Assembly: GCA_020248985.1 (NCBI GenBank)
Contig: JADCGL010000020.1
Coordinates: 132,227 to 196,226, forward strand
Direction: 5' to 3'
Source: Telmatospirillum sp.
GTDB lineage: Bacteria; Pseudomonadota; Alphaproteobacteria; CACIAM-22H2
Length of the DNA: 64,000 nt
Part shown: one piece after another, positions 18,582 to 27,480 of the stretch
How positions within the stretch are numbered: the first letter of the stretch is position 1
How the letters are laid out: each line of letters opens with the position of its first letter
The notes under the pieces: generated by a model
Database searches by the model: none
Told to the model about the DNA's origin: nothing
Seen by the model: only the letters and a program-made list of their open reading frames with translations
Program-made: the position numbers and the translations under genes

Positions 18582-18797
18582 ATGAAGAAGTTTGCGGCTC
18601 TTGCCATCGCCCTCGCCCTGGCCGTTCCGGCGGCCGCGTTCGCGCAGACGACCCCGACCGCGCAGCCGACGGCCAAGCCCGCCGTCGCTGCCCCGTCGGT
18701 CGCACAGGCCGCGCCGAAGGCGGGCGAAGCCAAGAAGACCGAAACGGGCACCCACACGGGTACGCCCGCGGCCAAGGAACAGCCCAAGAAGAACTAA
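18582..18797 (+). CDS. small secreted Ala/Pro/Thr/Lys-rich protein (71 aa)
   Basis: GGAGA lies 6 nt before ATG 18582. Signal peptide MKKFAALAIALALAVPAAAFAQ, followed by a low-complexity TPTAQPTAKPAVAAP...KEQPKKN tail. Confidence 0.6.
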   Translation: MKKFAALAIALALAVPAAAFAQTTPTAQPTAKPAVAAPSVAQAAPKAGEAKKTETGTHTGTPAAKEQPKKN

Positions 18798-18813
18798 GCT
18801 TCCGGCTGTTGTT

Positions 18814-18850
18814 CCCGCCGCGCTGCAGCCTTTGGTTTGCGCGCGGCGGG
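18814..18850 (+). terminator. GC-rich stem-loop after the small secreted gene (possible terminator, no U-tract)
   Basis: CCCGCCGCGC-15 nt-GCGCGGCGGG forms a perfect 10-bp stem. Confidence 0.3.
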
Positions 18851-18895
18851 GATAGCCCTACACCCCCTGCGGCCATTCGGTAAGTCGCTACCTCG

Positions 18896-18954
18896 ATTTG
18901 CGTGCGCTGCAAAAATTCGGGTTTGCTGCGCTTGCACATTTGCGCAGAACGCGC
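18896..18954 (+). promoter_or_regulatory. operator-like cluster of TTGC...GCAA palindromic repeats upstream of the RND operon
   Basis: aTTTGCGTGCGCTGCAAAaattcgggTTTGCTGCGCTTGCACATTTGCGCAGAAcgcgc. Repeated TTTGC(G/T) units and the CTGCGC/GCGCAG inverted repeat sit 70-130 nt upstream of the adaptor-subunit start. Confidence 0.35.
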
Positions 18955-19025
18955 CTAAGTGTTTCCCATGCGGCGACTGCTGAATGCGGCAGCGCCAACC
19001 AAAATCGGCATGGGGGCATTTGAGA

Positions 19026-20159
19026 ATGGCGCAGCGTCTTATCGGTGCGGTCGCGATCGCAGCTTCGTTGGTGTGGGCGCAGGCTGCGTTGGCGCAGGGC
19101 GGGCCGCCGCAAGCCCCGCCGGTCACGGTTGCCAAGCCGGTCGTCAAAGAAATCGTCGAGCAGGACGACTACACAGGCCGCTTCGAGGCGGCCGATTCGG
19201 TCGAACTGCGCGCGCGCGTTTCGGGATATCTCGAAGCGGTTCGCTTCCGCGACGGCCAGATCGTGCGCGAGGGCGATCTCTTGTTCGTGATCGACAAGCG
19301 CCTCTACCAGGCAACGCTTGCGCGCACGACCGCCGCCGTTAACGCCGCCCAGACGCGTCTCGATTTCGCGCGCCTCGATTTCGAGCGCTTCGAGCGTTTG
19401 GCGCGCAGCGGCACGGCACCCGAGCGCCAGCTCGAGCAGACGCGCCAGACCTTCCAGCAGGCGCAGGCCGACATCGCGGCCCTGCGTGCAGACCAGGAAA
19501 CGGCGCGCCTCAATCTGGGCTTCACCGAGATCCGCAGCCCGCTCAACGGCCGCATCGGCCGCAAGCTCGTCTCGGAAGGCAATCTCGTGACGGCCGACCA
19601 GACGCTGCTTTCGACGATCGTGTCGATCGATCCGATCTATCTGAACTTCGACATCGACGAGCGCTCCTACATCGCCTACACGCGCCGCGTGCAGGCCGGC
19701 GAGCAGCAATCGGGCCGGGCCGGGGCGGGCTTCGACGTGCGCGCAGGGCTGCTCGACGAGCGCAACATGCCGCGCGTCGGACGCCTCGAGTTCCTCGACA
19801 ACCGCATCGATCCGGCCAGCGGCACGATGCGCGCGCGCGCCACGTTCCCCAACAACGACGGCTTGCTCACGCCGGGCCTGTTCGGCCGCGTGCAGGTGCC
19901 GGGCTCCAACCCCTACAAAGCCGTGCTGATCCCCGAAGAGGCGATCGGCGCGGACCAGGACCGGCGCTTCGTATGGGTGGTGGCCGACGACGGGTCGGTC
20001 GCGATCCGCCTGATCCGTCCCGGTCCGCGCATCGACGGCTATCGCATCGTTCGCACCGGCCTCGACGGCAGCGAGCGCATCGTCGTGGTCGGTCTGCAGC
20101 GCGTGCGCCCCGGCGGGCGCGTGACGGCGCAGACGATCGAACTTCCACAATCGCGCTAA
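19026..20159 (+). CDS. efflux RND transporter periplasmic adaptor subunit (membrane fusion protein)
   Basis: Start ATG 19026 (MAQRLIGAVAIAASLVWAQAALA). Shows the HlyD/AcrA-like lipoyl and alpha-hairpin pattern with RLDFARLDFERFERL. Confidence 0.85.
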   Translation: MAQRLIGAVAIAASLVWAQAALAQGGPPQAPPVTVAKPVVKEIVEQDDYTGRFEAADSVELRARVSGYLEAVRFRDGQIVREGDLLFVIDKRLYQATLARTTAAVNAAQTRLDFARLDFERFERLARSGTAPERQLEQTRQTFQQAQADIAALRADQETARLNLGFTEIRSPLNGRIGRKLVSEGNLVTADQTLLSTIVSIDPIYLNFDIDERSYIAYTRRVQAGEQQSGRAGAGFDVRAGLLDERNMPRVGRLEFLDNRIDPASGTMRARATFPNNDGLLTPGLFGRVQVPGSNPYKAVLIPEEAIGADQDRRFVWVVADDGSVAIRLIRPGPRIDGYRIVRTGLDGSERIVVVGLQRVRPGGRVTAQTIELPQSR

Positions 20160-20210
20160 GCGCCCGAGCCCGCTCGGTCGTAACGGCAGCACCCAAAGGG
20201 AATCCGCGCC

Positions 20211-23200
20211 ATGCGCTTTACGCATTTCTTCGTCGACCATCCGATCTTCGCCTCGGTGCTGTCGATCGTGATGGTCATTCTGGGCGCAGTCGCGTTCACG
20301 GCGCTGCCGGTGACCGAATATCCGGAAATCGCCCCGCCCACCATCGTGGTGCGCGCGGCCTATCCGGGTGCGGACGCCCAGACCGTGGCCGCCACGGTCG
20401 CAACCCCGCTCGAGCAGGAAATCAACGGCGTGGAAGACATGATCTACATGTCGTCCTACGCCACCGCCGACGGCTCGATGGCGCTCACGATCACCTTCAA
20501 GGCCGGCACCAATCTCGACCAGGCGAGCGTGCTCGTGCAGAACCGCGTGTCGATCGCCACGCCGCGTTTGCCCGAAGAAGTGCGCCGCCTCGGCATCACG
20601 ACGCAGAAAAGCTCGCCCAACCTCATGATGGTTGTGCACATGCTTTCGCCCGACGAAAGCTACGACCAGCTCTACATCTCGAACTACGCGCTGCTGCGCG
20701 TGCGCGACCAGTTGCTGCGCATCGAGGGCGTGGGCGACCTCATCGTGTTCGGCGCGCGCGAATACGCCGTGCGCATCTGGATGGACCCAGACAAGCTCGC
20801 AGGCTACGGCCTGTCGGCGGGCGACGTGGTGCGCGCGTTGCGCGAACAGAACGTGCAGGTCTCGGGCGGTTCGCTCGGCACGCCGCCGGCCGACGCCAAC
20901 ACGGCCTTCCAGATCGCGGTGACCACGCAAGGGCGTTTCGAAGATCTGCGCCAATTCCGCGACGTGATCGTGCGCAATTCGGGCGACGGCCGCCTCGTGC
21001 GCGTGGGCGACGTCGCCCGCCTCGAGCTCGGCGCCAAAGACTACGTGACGAATTCGTATCTGAACGGCAAACCCGCCGTGGCGCTCGCGATCTTCCAGCG
21101 CCCCGGCTCGAACGCGCTCGCCACCGCCAACGCGATCCGTGCGCGCATGATCGAACTGCAGCGCGATTTCCCGATCGGCGTCGAACACCAGGTCGTCTAC
21201 AACCCGACCGAATTCATCCAAGAATCGATTTCGGCCGTCTATGCCACGCTGATCGAAGCCATCGTGCTCGTGGCGCTTGTGGTGCTCGTGTTCCTGCAGA
21301 GCTGGCGGGCGGCCCTCATTCCCATTCTGGCGATCCCGGTGTCGCTGATCGGCACGTTCGTGGTGCTGCTCGAATTCGGTTTTTCGCTGAACGTGCTCAC
21401 GCTGTTCGGCATGGTGCTGGCGATCGGCATCGTCGTCGACGACGCGATCGTGGTCGTCGAAAACGTCGAGCGCAACATCGCCGAGGGCATGAGCCCGCGC
21501 GACGCCGCGCACGAAACCATGGACGAGGTGGGAACCGCCGTCATCGCGATTTCGATCGTGCTGTGCGCGGTCTTCATCCCGTCGGCGTTCGTGCCCGGGC
21601 TGCAGGGCCAGTTCTACCGCCAGTTCGCCGCGACGATCGCGGTCGCGACGGTGCTGTCGGCGTTCAATTCGCTGACGCTGTCGCCGGCCCTTGCGGCCAT
21701 TCTCCTCAAGCCGCACGATCCGCACCACGCGCCCAAGAACCCGATCGCCAAACTCGGCAGCGGCTTCGCCGCGATCTTCAATCGCGGCTTCGACAAGATG
21801 GGCCACGGCTACGCCACGCTTTCGGGCGTGCTCGTGCGGCGCAAGGCGCTGATGCTTTTGGTCTATGCGGGCCTCGGCGGGGCGACCGTGTGGATCGGCT
21901 CGGCGGTGCCCACGGGCTTCATCCCGCCGCTCGATCGCGGCTACGCGATCGTCGCGATCCAGCTGCCCGACGGCGCTTCGCTCGAACGCACCGATGCGGT
22001 CGTCAAACGCGCGATGGGCATTCTGCAGAACACGCCCGGCGTCAAAGACGCGGTCGCGTTCGCCGGCTTCTCGGGTGCGACGTTCACGAACGCGCCCAAC
22101 GCCGCCGTGATCTTCACCGGCTTCAAGCCGTTTTCCGAGCGCATCCCGGCGGGCCTCAGTTCGGATGCCATCGTCGGCCAAATTTTCGGCCGCATGCAGC
22201 AAATCCAAGAGGCGTTCATCATCGCCATCGCACCGCCCTCGGTGCCGGGCATCGGTTCCCTGGGCGGCGTCAAGCTGCAGCTGCAAGACCGCACTGGAAA
22301 CGACGTCGTGCGCGTGCTGGGGGCTGCGAACCAACTCATCGGCCAGTTGCGCCAGACGCCGGGGCTGGTCGGCGTGTTCACGTCCTTCTCGGCCAGCACG
22401 CCGCAGATCTATCTCGACATCGACCGCACCAAGGCGCAGATCCTGAACGTGCCGATCGGCAACATATTCGAGACGCTGCAGTTCAATCTGGGCACGGCCT
22501 ACGTCAACGACTTCAACGCGTTCGGCCGCGTCTACCAGGTGCGCGCCCAGGCCGACCGCGAGTTTCGCCTCACGCCCGACGATATTGCGCGCCTGCGCGT
22601 GCGCTCGGCGACGGGCGCTTTGGTGCCGCTCGGCACGCTCGTCGACATTCGCGACACGACCGGGGCCGATCTCGTGCAGCGCTACAACGCCTTCGTGTCG
22701 ATTCCGATCCAGGCGGCGGCGGGGCCCGGCCTCACCTCGAGCCAAGCCATTGCGCTGATCGAGAAGGTGGCGGCCGAAACGCTTCCGGCCGGCATCGGGC
22801 TCGAATGGACCGAACTTGCCTACCAGGAGAAGCTCACCGGCAACACGGCGACGTACATCTTCATTCTCGCGGTCGTGTTCGTGTTCCTGGCGCTTGCCGC
22901 CCAGTACGAAAGCTGGGGCATGCCGTTCTCGATCGTGCTGATCGTGCCGATGAGCGTGCTGTCGGCGTTGGCGGGGGTGATGATCCGCGGGCTCGACAAC
23001 AACATCCTCGTGCAGGTGGGCCTCATCGTGCTGGTGGGGTTGGCGGCCAAAAACGCGATTCTGATCGTCGAGTTCGCGCGCCAGATCGAAAACGAGGGCA
23101 AAGACGCCGTCGAAGCGGTGGTCGAGGCTTGCCGCCTGCGGCTGCGGCCCATTCTGATGACGGCGTTCGCCTTCATCTTGGGCGTCGTGCCGCTCGTCAC

Positions 23201-23369
23201 GGCAACCGGGCCAGGTGCCGAGATGCGCCAGTCGTTGGGCACGGCCGTGTTCGCCGGCATGCTCGGCGTCACGATCTTCGGCCTGTTCCTGACGCCGGTT
23301 TTCTACGTCGTCGTCCGCAGCCTGTCGCGGAAACGAAAGGCAATTGCGGCTGCTGCACCGCAAAAATGA
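20211..23369 (+). CDS. efflux RND transporter permease subunit (HAE1, AcrB/MexB-like)
   Basis: 1052 aa. Begins MRFTHFFVDHPIFASVLSIVMVILG and has 12-TM AcrB-like architecture. No outer-membrane factor gene is adjacent. Confidence 0.9.
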   Translation: MRFTHFFVDHPIFASVLSIVMVILGAVAFTALPVTEYPEIAPPTIVVRAAYPGADAQTVAATVATPLEQEINGVEDMIYMSSYATADGSMALTITFKAGTNLDQASVLVQNRVSIATPRLPEEVRRLGITTQKSSPNLMMVVHMLSPDESYDQLYISNYALLRVRDQLLRIEGVGDLIVFGAREYAVRIWMDPDKLAGYGLSAGDVVRALREQNVQVSGGSLGTPPADANTAFQIAVTTQGRFEDLRQFRDVIVRNSGDGRLVRVGDVARLELGAKDYVTNSYLNGKPAVALAIFQRPGSNALATANAIRARMIELQRDFPIGVEHQVVYNPTEFIQESISAVYATLIEAIVLVALVVLVFLQSWRAALIPILAIPVSLIGTFVVLLEFGFSLNVLTLFGMVLAIGIVVDDAIVVVENVERNIAEGMSPRDAAHETMDEVGTAVIAISIVLCAVFIPSAFVPGLQGQFYRQFAATIAVATVLSAFNSLTLSPALAAILLKPHDPHHAPKNPIAKLGSGFAAIFNRGFDKMGHGYATLSGVLVRRKALMLLVYAGLGGATVWIGSAVPTGFIPPLDRGYAIVAIQLPDGASLERTDAVVKRAMGILQNTPGVKDAVAFAGFSGATFTNAPNAAVIFTGFKPFSERIPAGLSSDAIVGQIFGRMQQIQEAFIIAIAPPSVPGIGSLGGVKLQLQDRTGNDVVRVLGAANQLIGQLRQTPGLVGVFTSFSASTPQIYLDIDRTKAQILNVPIGNIFETLQFNLGTAYVNDFNAFGRVYQVRAQADREFRLTPDDIARLRVRSATGALVPLGTLVDIRDTTGADLVQRYNAFVSIPIQAAAGPGLTSSQAIALIEKVAAETLPAGIGLEWTELAYQEKLTGNTATYIFILAVVFVFLALAAQYESWGMPFSIVLIVPMSVLSALAGVMIRGLDNNILVQVGLIVLVGLAAKNAILIVEFARQIENEGKDAVEAVVEACRLRLRPILMTAFAFILGVVPLVTATGPGAEMRQSLGTAVFAGMLGVTIFGLFLTPVFYVVVRSLSRKRKAIAAAAPQK

Positions 23370-23456
23370 CGGTTTTCAGCGCGGCGATTGCGCGGCCAAG
23401 CCCGATGGGCTATCGAAGGAGATTGTCCGCAACCGCCCGGAGCCGATTACACCCGT

Positions 23457-23822
23457 ATGGCCAGCGAGTACCGGTGCATCCTGTTCCCTTGGCGGGACAT
23501 TCGCGAAGCGCTGGTTGCGTTCCAGCGCCGACGCGGCTTGGCAGTGCCGGTGCGCGACCCCGACGCGTTCGTCGTCGACCCCAACAAGCTCGACATCGAA
23601 CTGACCTACGAAGAAGAACCTAGGCCGCAGATTTTCCGCTTCGATCGCGAAACGGTGGCGGCGGCGCTCATTCTGCAGTGCAAGGATCGCGGCGTGCGTC
23701 TGCCGCTCAAATCCAAGAAGCAGGTCTATCTTATCGACACGCGCCTGGCGTTGATGGTGCATATCGCAGGTCCCGAAAGCGAAGAGTTTCTGGCCTTCGA
23801 ACTCATAAAGCGCGTGGCATGA
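23457..23822 (+). CDS. hypothetical protein P1 (about 121 aa), paralogue of the next gene
   Basis: MASEYRCILFPWRDIREALVAFQRRRG...ETVAAALILQCKDRGVRLPLKSKKQVYLIDTRLALMV. The stop TGA (23820-22) overlaps the next ATG as ATGA. A TTG at 23388 is an alternative start. Confidence 0.6.
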   Translation: MASEYRCILFPWRDIREALVAFQRRRGLAVPVRDPDAFVVDPNKLDIELTYEEEPRPQIFRFDRETVAAALILQCKDRGVRLPLKSKKQVYLIDTRLALMVHIAGPESEEFLAFELIKRVA

Positions 23823-24208
23823 CGAAAAAGTCCGCCCTGCCGGACGGCATGTCCGAGTACCGGCTCATCTTTTTCCGCGAAAGCGAAATGGTGCAGGCGA
23901 TCGGCGCGTTCGTGCGGCTGCAGAAAAAGCCGCTGCCCGTGGGCATGATCACGCGCATGGTGTTCGACGAAGACGATTTTTCGATGACGCTGCATATGGA
24001 GCGCGATTCGGGCGGCAAGGTCGAGCGCAGTTTCAAACAGTCGGAAATCGCGGCCGCTCTGATCGGCTACTGCAAAAACGCGCGCATTCCCTTGCCGCGT
24101 TCGGGCAGAAAAGAACTGCGCATCATCTCGAACCGGCCGGCTTTCCTCATTCGCGAACACGGCAGCGGCGTCGATCTCGACGATGCGCTGGTCGATTTCC
24201 GGGATTGA
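23819..24208 (+). CDS. hypothetical protein P2 (about 129 aa), paralogue of P1
   Basis: MTKKSALPDGMSEYRLIFFRESEMVQAIGAFVRLQKK...SEIAAALIGYCKNARIPLPRSGRKELRIISNRPAFLI. It shares the SEYR-I-F...A-AF and AAAL-CK-R-PL core with P1. Its stop overlaps the lhr start codon (TTGA). Confidence 0.6.
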   Translation: MTKKSALPDGMSEYRLIFFRESEMVQAIGAFVRLQKKPLPVGMITRMVFDEDDFSMTLHMERDSGGKVERSFKQSEIAAALIGYCKNARIPLPRSGRKELRIISNRPAFLIREHGSGVDLDDALVDFRD

Positions 24209-26679
24209 CGCCGATTAGCCCCGGCACGCCCGTGCCCCCGCATAAACTTCCCGCCCCGTTCGATGCCTGGTTCGCCGCACGCGGCTGGCGCTTGCGCAAG
24301 CACCAGGGCGAATTGCTGGCCGCCGCACGCGACGGAAATTCGGTGCTGCTCGTGGCGCCGACGGGGGCGGGCAAGACGCTGGCGGGCTTTCTGCCGAGCC
24401 TCGTCGATATCGCGGCCGATCCGCGCCCGCGCTTGCACACGCTCTACATCTCGCCGCTGAAAGCGCTGGCGGTCGATATTCACCGCAATCTCGAAGCGCC
24501 GATCGCCGAGATGGGTCTCGCGATTCGCGCTGATACCCGCACGGGCGACACGCCCGCGTCCAAACGCCGTCGCCAGCGCAGCGATCCGCCGCATCTGCTG
24601 CTGACCACGCCCGAATCGCTGGCCTTGCTGCTCTCCTATCCCGATGCGGGCACGCTGTTCGGCGAGCTTGCCTGCGTGGTGGTGGACGAGGCGCACGCGC
24701 TTGCCGGCACCAAGCGCGGCGATCTGCTGGCGCTGGGCTTGGCGCGGCTCGCAGGCCTGGCGCCGAACGCGCGGCGCGTCGGCCTGTCGGCGACCGTCGC
24801 CGATCCGCCGATGTTGGCGCGCTGGCTCTCGGCGGGCCTCAAGCACGCGGCCGATATCGTCTTCGGCGAAGCGGGGGCGCGGCCCGAGATCACGATCGTC
24901 AATCCGGCCGCGCGCGTGCCGTGGTCCGGCCACGGGGCCGTGCATGCGCTGCCGGAAGTCTATATGGCGCTCAAGAACGCGCGCGCGGCGATCGTGTTCG
25001 TGAATACGCGCGCCCAGGCAGAGATCTGCTTTCGCGAATTGTGGAAGCTCAACGACGACAATCTCGCCATCGCCTTGCACCATGGCAGTCTTGCGGTCGA
25101 ACAGCGTCGGCGCGTGGAAGCCGCGATGGCGGCGGGCAAACTGCGCGCGGTCGTGGCGACGTCGTCGCTCGATCTCGGCATCGATTGGGGCAATGTCGAT
25201 CTGGTCGTGCAAGTTGGCGCCCCCAAGGGCGCTTCGCGCCTGCTGCAGCGCTTGGGCCGGGCCAACCACCGGCTCGACGACGCAAGCCGCGCGTTGCTCG
25301 TCCCCGGCAACCGTTTCGAGATGCTCGAATGCGTGGCCGCGATCGCGGCCGTGGCAGCGGACGAGCTCGACCGCCTGCCCGAACGACCCGGTGCGTTGGA
25401 CGTGCTCGCCCAGCATTTGCTGGGTCTCGCTTGTGCAGGCCCGTTCGATGAAGATGCGGTCTACGCGCAGACCATCTCGGCACTGCCCTACGCCGATCTT
25501 TCGCGCGCCGATTTCGATGCGGTCCGCAACTATGTCGCGACCGGCGGCTACGCGCTGGCGGGCTACGAGCGCTATCGGCGCCTGGTGCGCGATGCGGCCG
25601 GGCATTGGGCCGTGGCCGACCCTTCGTTCGTGCGCCAATATCGCATGAATATCGGCACCATCGTCGAAGAGCCGATGCTGCATGTCGCGTTCAAGCGCGG
25701 CAAACGTCTGGGCTCGATCGAAGAATATTTCGCGCTCGGGCTCGAGATCGGCGACACGTTTGCGTTCGCGGGCCAAATCCTGCGCTTCGAGGGTTTGCGC
25801 GACGGCACGCTCGAAGTTTCGAAGGCCGCGTCTTCCGAGCAGCCCAAAGTGCCGGTCTATGCGGGCGGGCGCATGCCGTTCACGAGCGAGCTTGCCTCGC
25901 GCGTGCGCGCGTTGCTGCAGGATCCGCCCGCCTGGGCGGGCTTTCCCGCCGACGTGCGCGAATGGCTGCATTTGCAGCGCAAGCGCAGCCAGATGCCGGA
26001 CCGTACCGGATTGCTCGTCGAAACCTTTCCGCGCGACGGGCGCTGGTTCCTGGTCGCGTATTGTTTTGCGGGCCGCAACGCGCATCAGAGTTTGGGCATG
26101 CTGCTGACCCGGCGCATGGCGCGCGCCGGGTTGCGGCCGATCGGGTTTGTTGCGTCCGACTACGCGATCGCCGTGTGGTCGGCCAAACATGCCGAGCGGC
26201 CGAGCGAACTTTTTACCGAAGACATGCTGGGCGACGATCTCGAAGAATGGCTCGCCGAAAGTTCGATGCTGAAGCGCAGCTTCCGCAACGTCGCGGTCAT
26301 TGCAGGCCTCATCGAGCGGCGCCATCCGGGCCAGGAAAAATCCGGCCGCCAGGTGACGTTTTCGTCGGACCTCATCTACGACGTTTTGCGCAAGCACCAG
26401 CCGGGCCATGTCCTGCTCAAAGCCGCCCGCGCCGACGCCGACGCCGGCATGATCGATCTCGTGCGTTTGGCGCAGATGCTGAAGGCCGCGCGCGGGCGCA
26501 TTTCGCATCGCAGCCTGCCGCGCGTGTCGCCGCTCGCCGTGCCGATTCTGCTCGAAGTGGGCCGCGAATCGGTGCAAGGCTCCGCCCCCGACGAATGGCT
26601 CGCCGATGCCGCCGCCGCCCAAGCGCTGATCGACGAGGCGAGTTTCGAAGACGACGATCCGCAGCCGAGTCTGTTCTGA
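24205..26679 (+). CDS. lhr: Lhr-core type DEXH-box DNA helicase (ligase-associated DNA damage response helicase)
   Basis: 824 aa with FDAWFAARGW...HQGELL, Walker A APTGAGKT, DEAH box VVVDEAHAL and the second RecA domain. Length and domain order fit Lhr-core. Start is the overlapping TTG 24205 or GTG 24229. Confidence 0.88.
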   Translation: MTPISPGTPVPPHKLPAPFDAWFAARGWRLRKHQGELLAAARDGNSVLLVAPTGAGKTLAGFLPSLVDIAADPRPRLHTLYISPLKALAVDIHRNLEAPIAEMGLAIRADTRTGDTPASKRRRQRSDPPHLLLTTPESLALLLSYPDAGTLFGELACVVVDEAHALAGTKRGDLLALGLARLAGLAPNARRVGLSATVADPPMLARWLSAGLKHAADIVFGEAGARPEITIVNPAARVPWSGHGAVHALPEVYMALKNARAAIVFVNTRAQAEICFRELWKLNDDNLAIALHHGSLAVEQRRRVEAAMAAGKLRAVVATSSLDLGIDWGNVDLVVQVGAPKGASRLLQRLGRANHRLDDASRALLVPGNRFEMLECVAAIAAVAADELDRLPERPGALDVLAQHLLGLACAGPFDEDAVYAQTISALPYADLSRADFDAVRNYVATGGYALAGYERYRRLVRDAAGHWAVADPSFVRQYRMNIGTIVEEPMLHVAFKRGKRLGSIEEYFALGLEIGDTFAFAGQILRFEGLRDGTLEVSKAASSEQPKVPVYAGGRMPFTSELASRVRALLQDPPAWAGFPADVREWLHLQRKRSQMPDRTGLLVETFPRDGRWFLVAYCFAGRNAHQSLGMLLTRRMARAGLRPIGFVASDYAIAVWSAKHAERPSELFTEDMLGDDLEEWLAESSMLKRSFRNVAVIAGLIERRHPGQEKSGRQVTFSSDLIYDVLRKHQPGHVLLKAARADADAGMIDLVRLAQMLKAARGRISHRSLPRVSPLAVPILLEVGRESVQGSAPDEWLADAAAAQALIDEASFEDDDPQPSLF

Positions 26680-26689
26680 GCACTTTGCA

Positions 26690-27412
26690 ATGCACGCGCG
26701 CCTGACGCTCGAAGAAACGCCGCTGTTCGCCGATCCGTCGGGCGGCCTCTATTGGCCCGCGCGCCGCACGCTGGTGGTGGCCGATCTGCATCTCGAAAAA
26801 GGTTCGGCGTTCGCGGCCCGCCGCACGCTGCTGCCGCCCTACGATTCGGCCGCGAGCCTCGCCAAGCTGCAGGGGCTCATCCGCAAATTCACGCCGGCGC
26901 GCGTCGTGTGCTTGGGCGATTCGTTCCACGATGTGCGCGCCGAGGCGCGCATGGCGCCCAACGATGCGGCATTGCTCAGACGCATGGTGGCAGCGCTCGA
27001 CTGGGTGTGGGTCGTGGGCAACCACGATCCGGCGATACCGCCGGCCTTCGGCGGCCGAGCCGTGTCCGAAATCGTCGAGGACAAGCTCGCTTTGCGCCAC
27101 GAACCGGCGGCTTCAAGCGGCTTGGCGCCGGGCGAAATCGTCGGCCATTTCCACCCCAAAGCCGCCGTCGCCACGCAAGGCGGGCGCATTGCGGCCCCCT
27201 GTTTTGCGCTCGACGGGCGGCGCATGGTGCTGCCGGCCTTCGGCGCCTATGCGGGCGGGCTCGATGTGCTGGACCCCGCCATCGCCCGGCTGTTCGGGCG
27301 CGCGCGCTTTCGCGTGCTGATGCTGGGGGGCGAACGCTTGCATTTGTTCGGCCGCGAGCGTCTGCTCCCCTTTGGTGCGCACCCGGATACCGCCAAAAAG
27401 TCCAATCGGTGA
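26690..27412 (+). CDS. pdeM: ligase-associated DNA damage response endonuclease PdeM (MPE metallophosphoesterase)
   Basis: 240 aa with LVVADLHLEKGS, CLGDSFHD, VVGNHD and GHFHP metallophosphoesterase motifs. It follows the Lhr-core gene, the established Lhr-core/MPE pairing. Confidence 0.82.
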   Translation: MHARLTLEETPLFADPSGGLYWPARRTLVVADLHLEKGSAFAARRTLLPPYDSAASLAKLQGLIRKFTPARVVCLGDSFHDVRAEARMAPNDAALLRRMVAALDWVWVVGNHDPAIPPAFGGRAVSEIVEDKLALRHEPAASSGLAPGEIVGHFHPKAAVATQGGRIAAPCFALDGRRMVLPAFGAYAGGLDVLDPAIARLFGRARFRVLMLGGERLHLFGRERLLPFGAHPDTAKKSNR

Positions 27413-27437
27413 TCCATGATGCGGCGCACAGCGTAAA
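27410..27437 (+). promoter_or_regulatory. candidate ECF sigmaE-type promoter (TGATCC-N16-CGTAAA) upstream of phr
   Basis: TGATCC overlaps the pdeM stop codon. After 16 nt comes CGTAAA, about 45 nt before the phr ATG. This resembles the Rhodobacter RpoE -35 TGATCC / -10 CGTA class, recalled from memory. Confidence 0.3.
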
Positions 27438-27480
27438 CAGTCGCGAACAACGTCAAACCAACGGTCTTTTTCGAAAAACA

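Noticed and set aside
18888-23363. 1491-aa minus-strand ORF covering the RND efflux genes
   Set aside because: It is the antisense frame of the adaptor and permease genes. It has no recognisable domains and is low-complexity. The sense-strand genes have unambiguous homology.
24067-26622. 851-aa minus-strand ORF opposite the Lhr-core helicase
   Set aside because: Antisense artefact. The plus-strand product has Walker A, DEAH and the full Lhr-core architecture.
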